NCBI RefSeq assembly: GCF_018350175.1
Contig: NC_058368.1
Coordinates: 207,516,001 to 207,580,000, forward strand
Direction: 5' to 3'
Source of the DNA: Felis catus
Taxonomy: Eukaryota
DNA: 64,000 nt
Both the position numbers and the translations under genes were made by a program. This document shows positions 63,801 through 64,000 of the stretch, in pieces; the stretch's first letter is position 1; each line of letters begins with the position of its first letter. Below the pieces are notes generated by a model that saw only the letters and a list, made by a program, of their open reading frames with translations, made no database searches and was not told the origin of the DNA.

Positions 63801-64000
63801 TCCACCACTTTAGTTTTTGAGAAGCAAGAAAAAGGGGAAGTAGAAGAGAAGGAGATGGGAATAAACAGGAAGGTGAGGGAATAAGCTGACCTGAGGATAA
63901 CTCCCAATTCAGGGAGGGGAACAGGAGCTTTCTACCTTGCCCATCTTTCTACCTTTCTACCTTGCCCATCTCCCAGACCCCAAAGTCCAGGAGGCCCTGA

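Noticed and set aside
40200..64000. Further protein-coding exons, including FYB1 coding exons
   Set aside because: No recognisable translation; content is repeats and AT-rich non-coding DNA, though very small exons cannot be excluded by eye.

Overview
Mammalian genomic DNA, almost certainly felid (many Can-SINE/SINEC_Fc elements and felid-type L1 3' ends). The first half holds the 3' part of the complement component C9 gene on the + strand: the tail of exon 6 and exons 7-11 by human numbering, spliced in frame, ending with a C-terminus longer than the human one. A full-length but dead antisense L1 sits in the last intron. The second half is repeat-rich non-coding DNA containing a probable upstream first exon of FYB1 (ATG directly followed by GTAAGT, preceded by RUNX and PU.1-type motifs); this call rests on recalled synteny. 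I found no evidence of a new gene system. The most interesting signals are retrotransposition events: an L1 with an apparent 3' transduction inserted 19 nt from the exon 9 donor, a tail-less 100-bp copy of that L1 2.7 kb away, and a GC-box/CTCF/NRF1/YY1 cluster pointing antisense out of the full-length L1 5'UTR. Comparisons to human genes and repeat consensus sequences are from memory, not from alignments; old-repeat boundaries are approximate.
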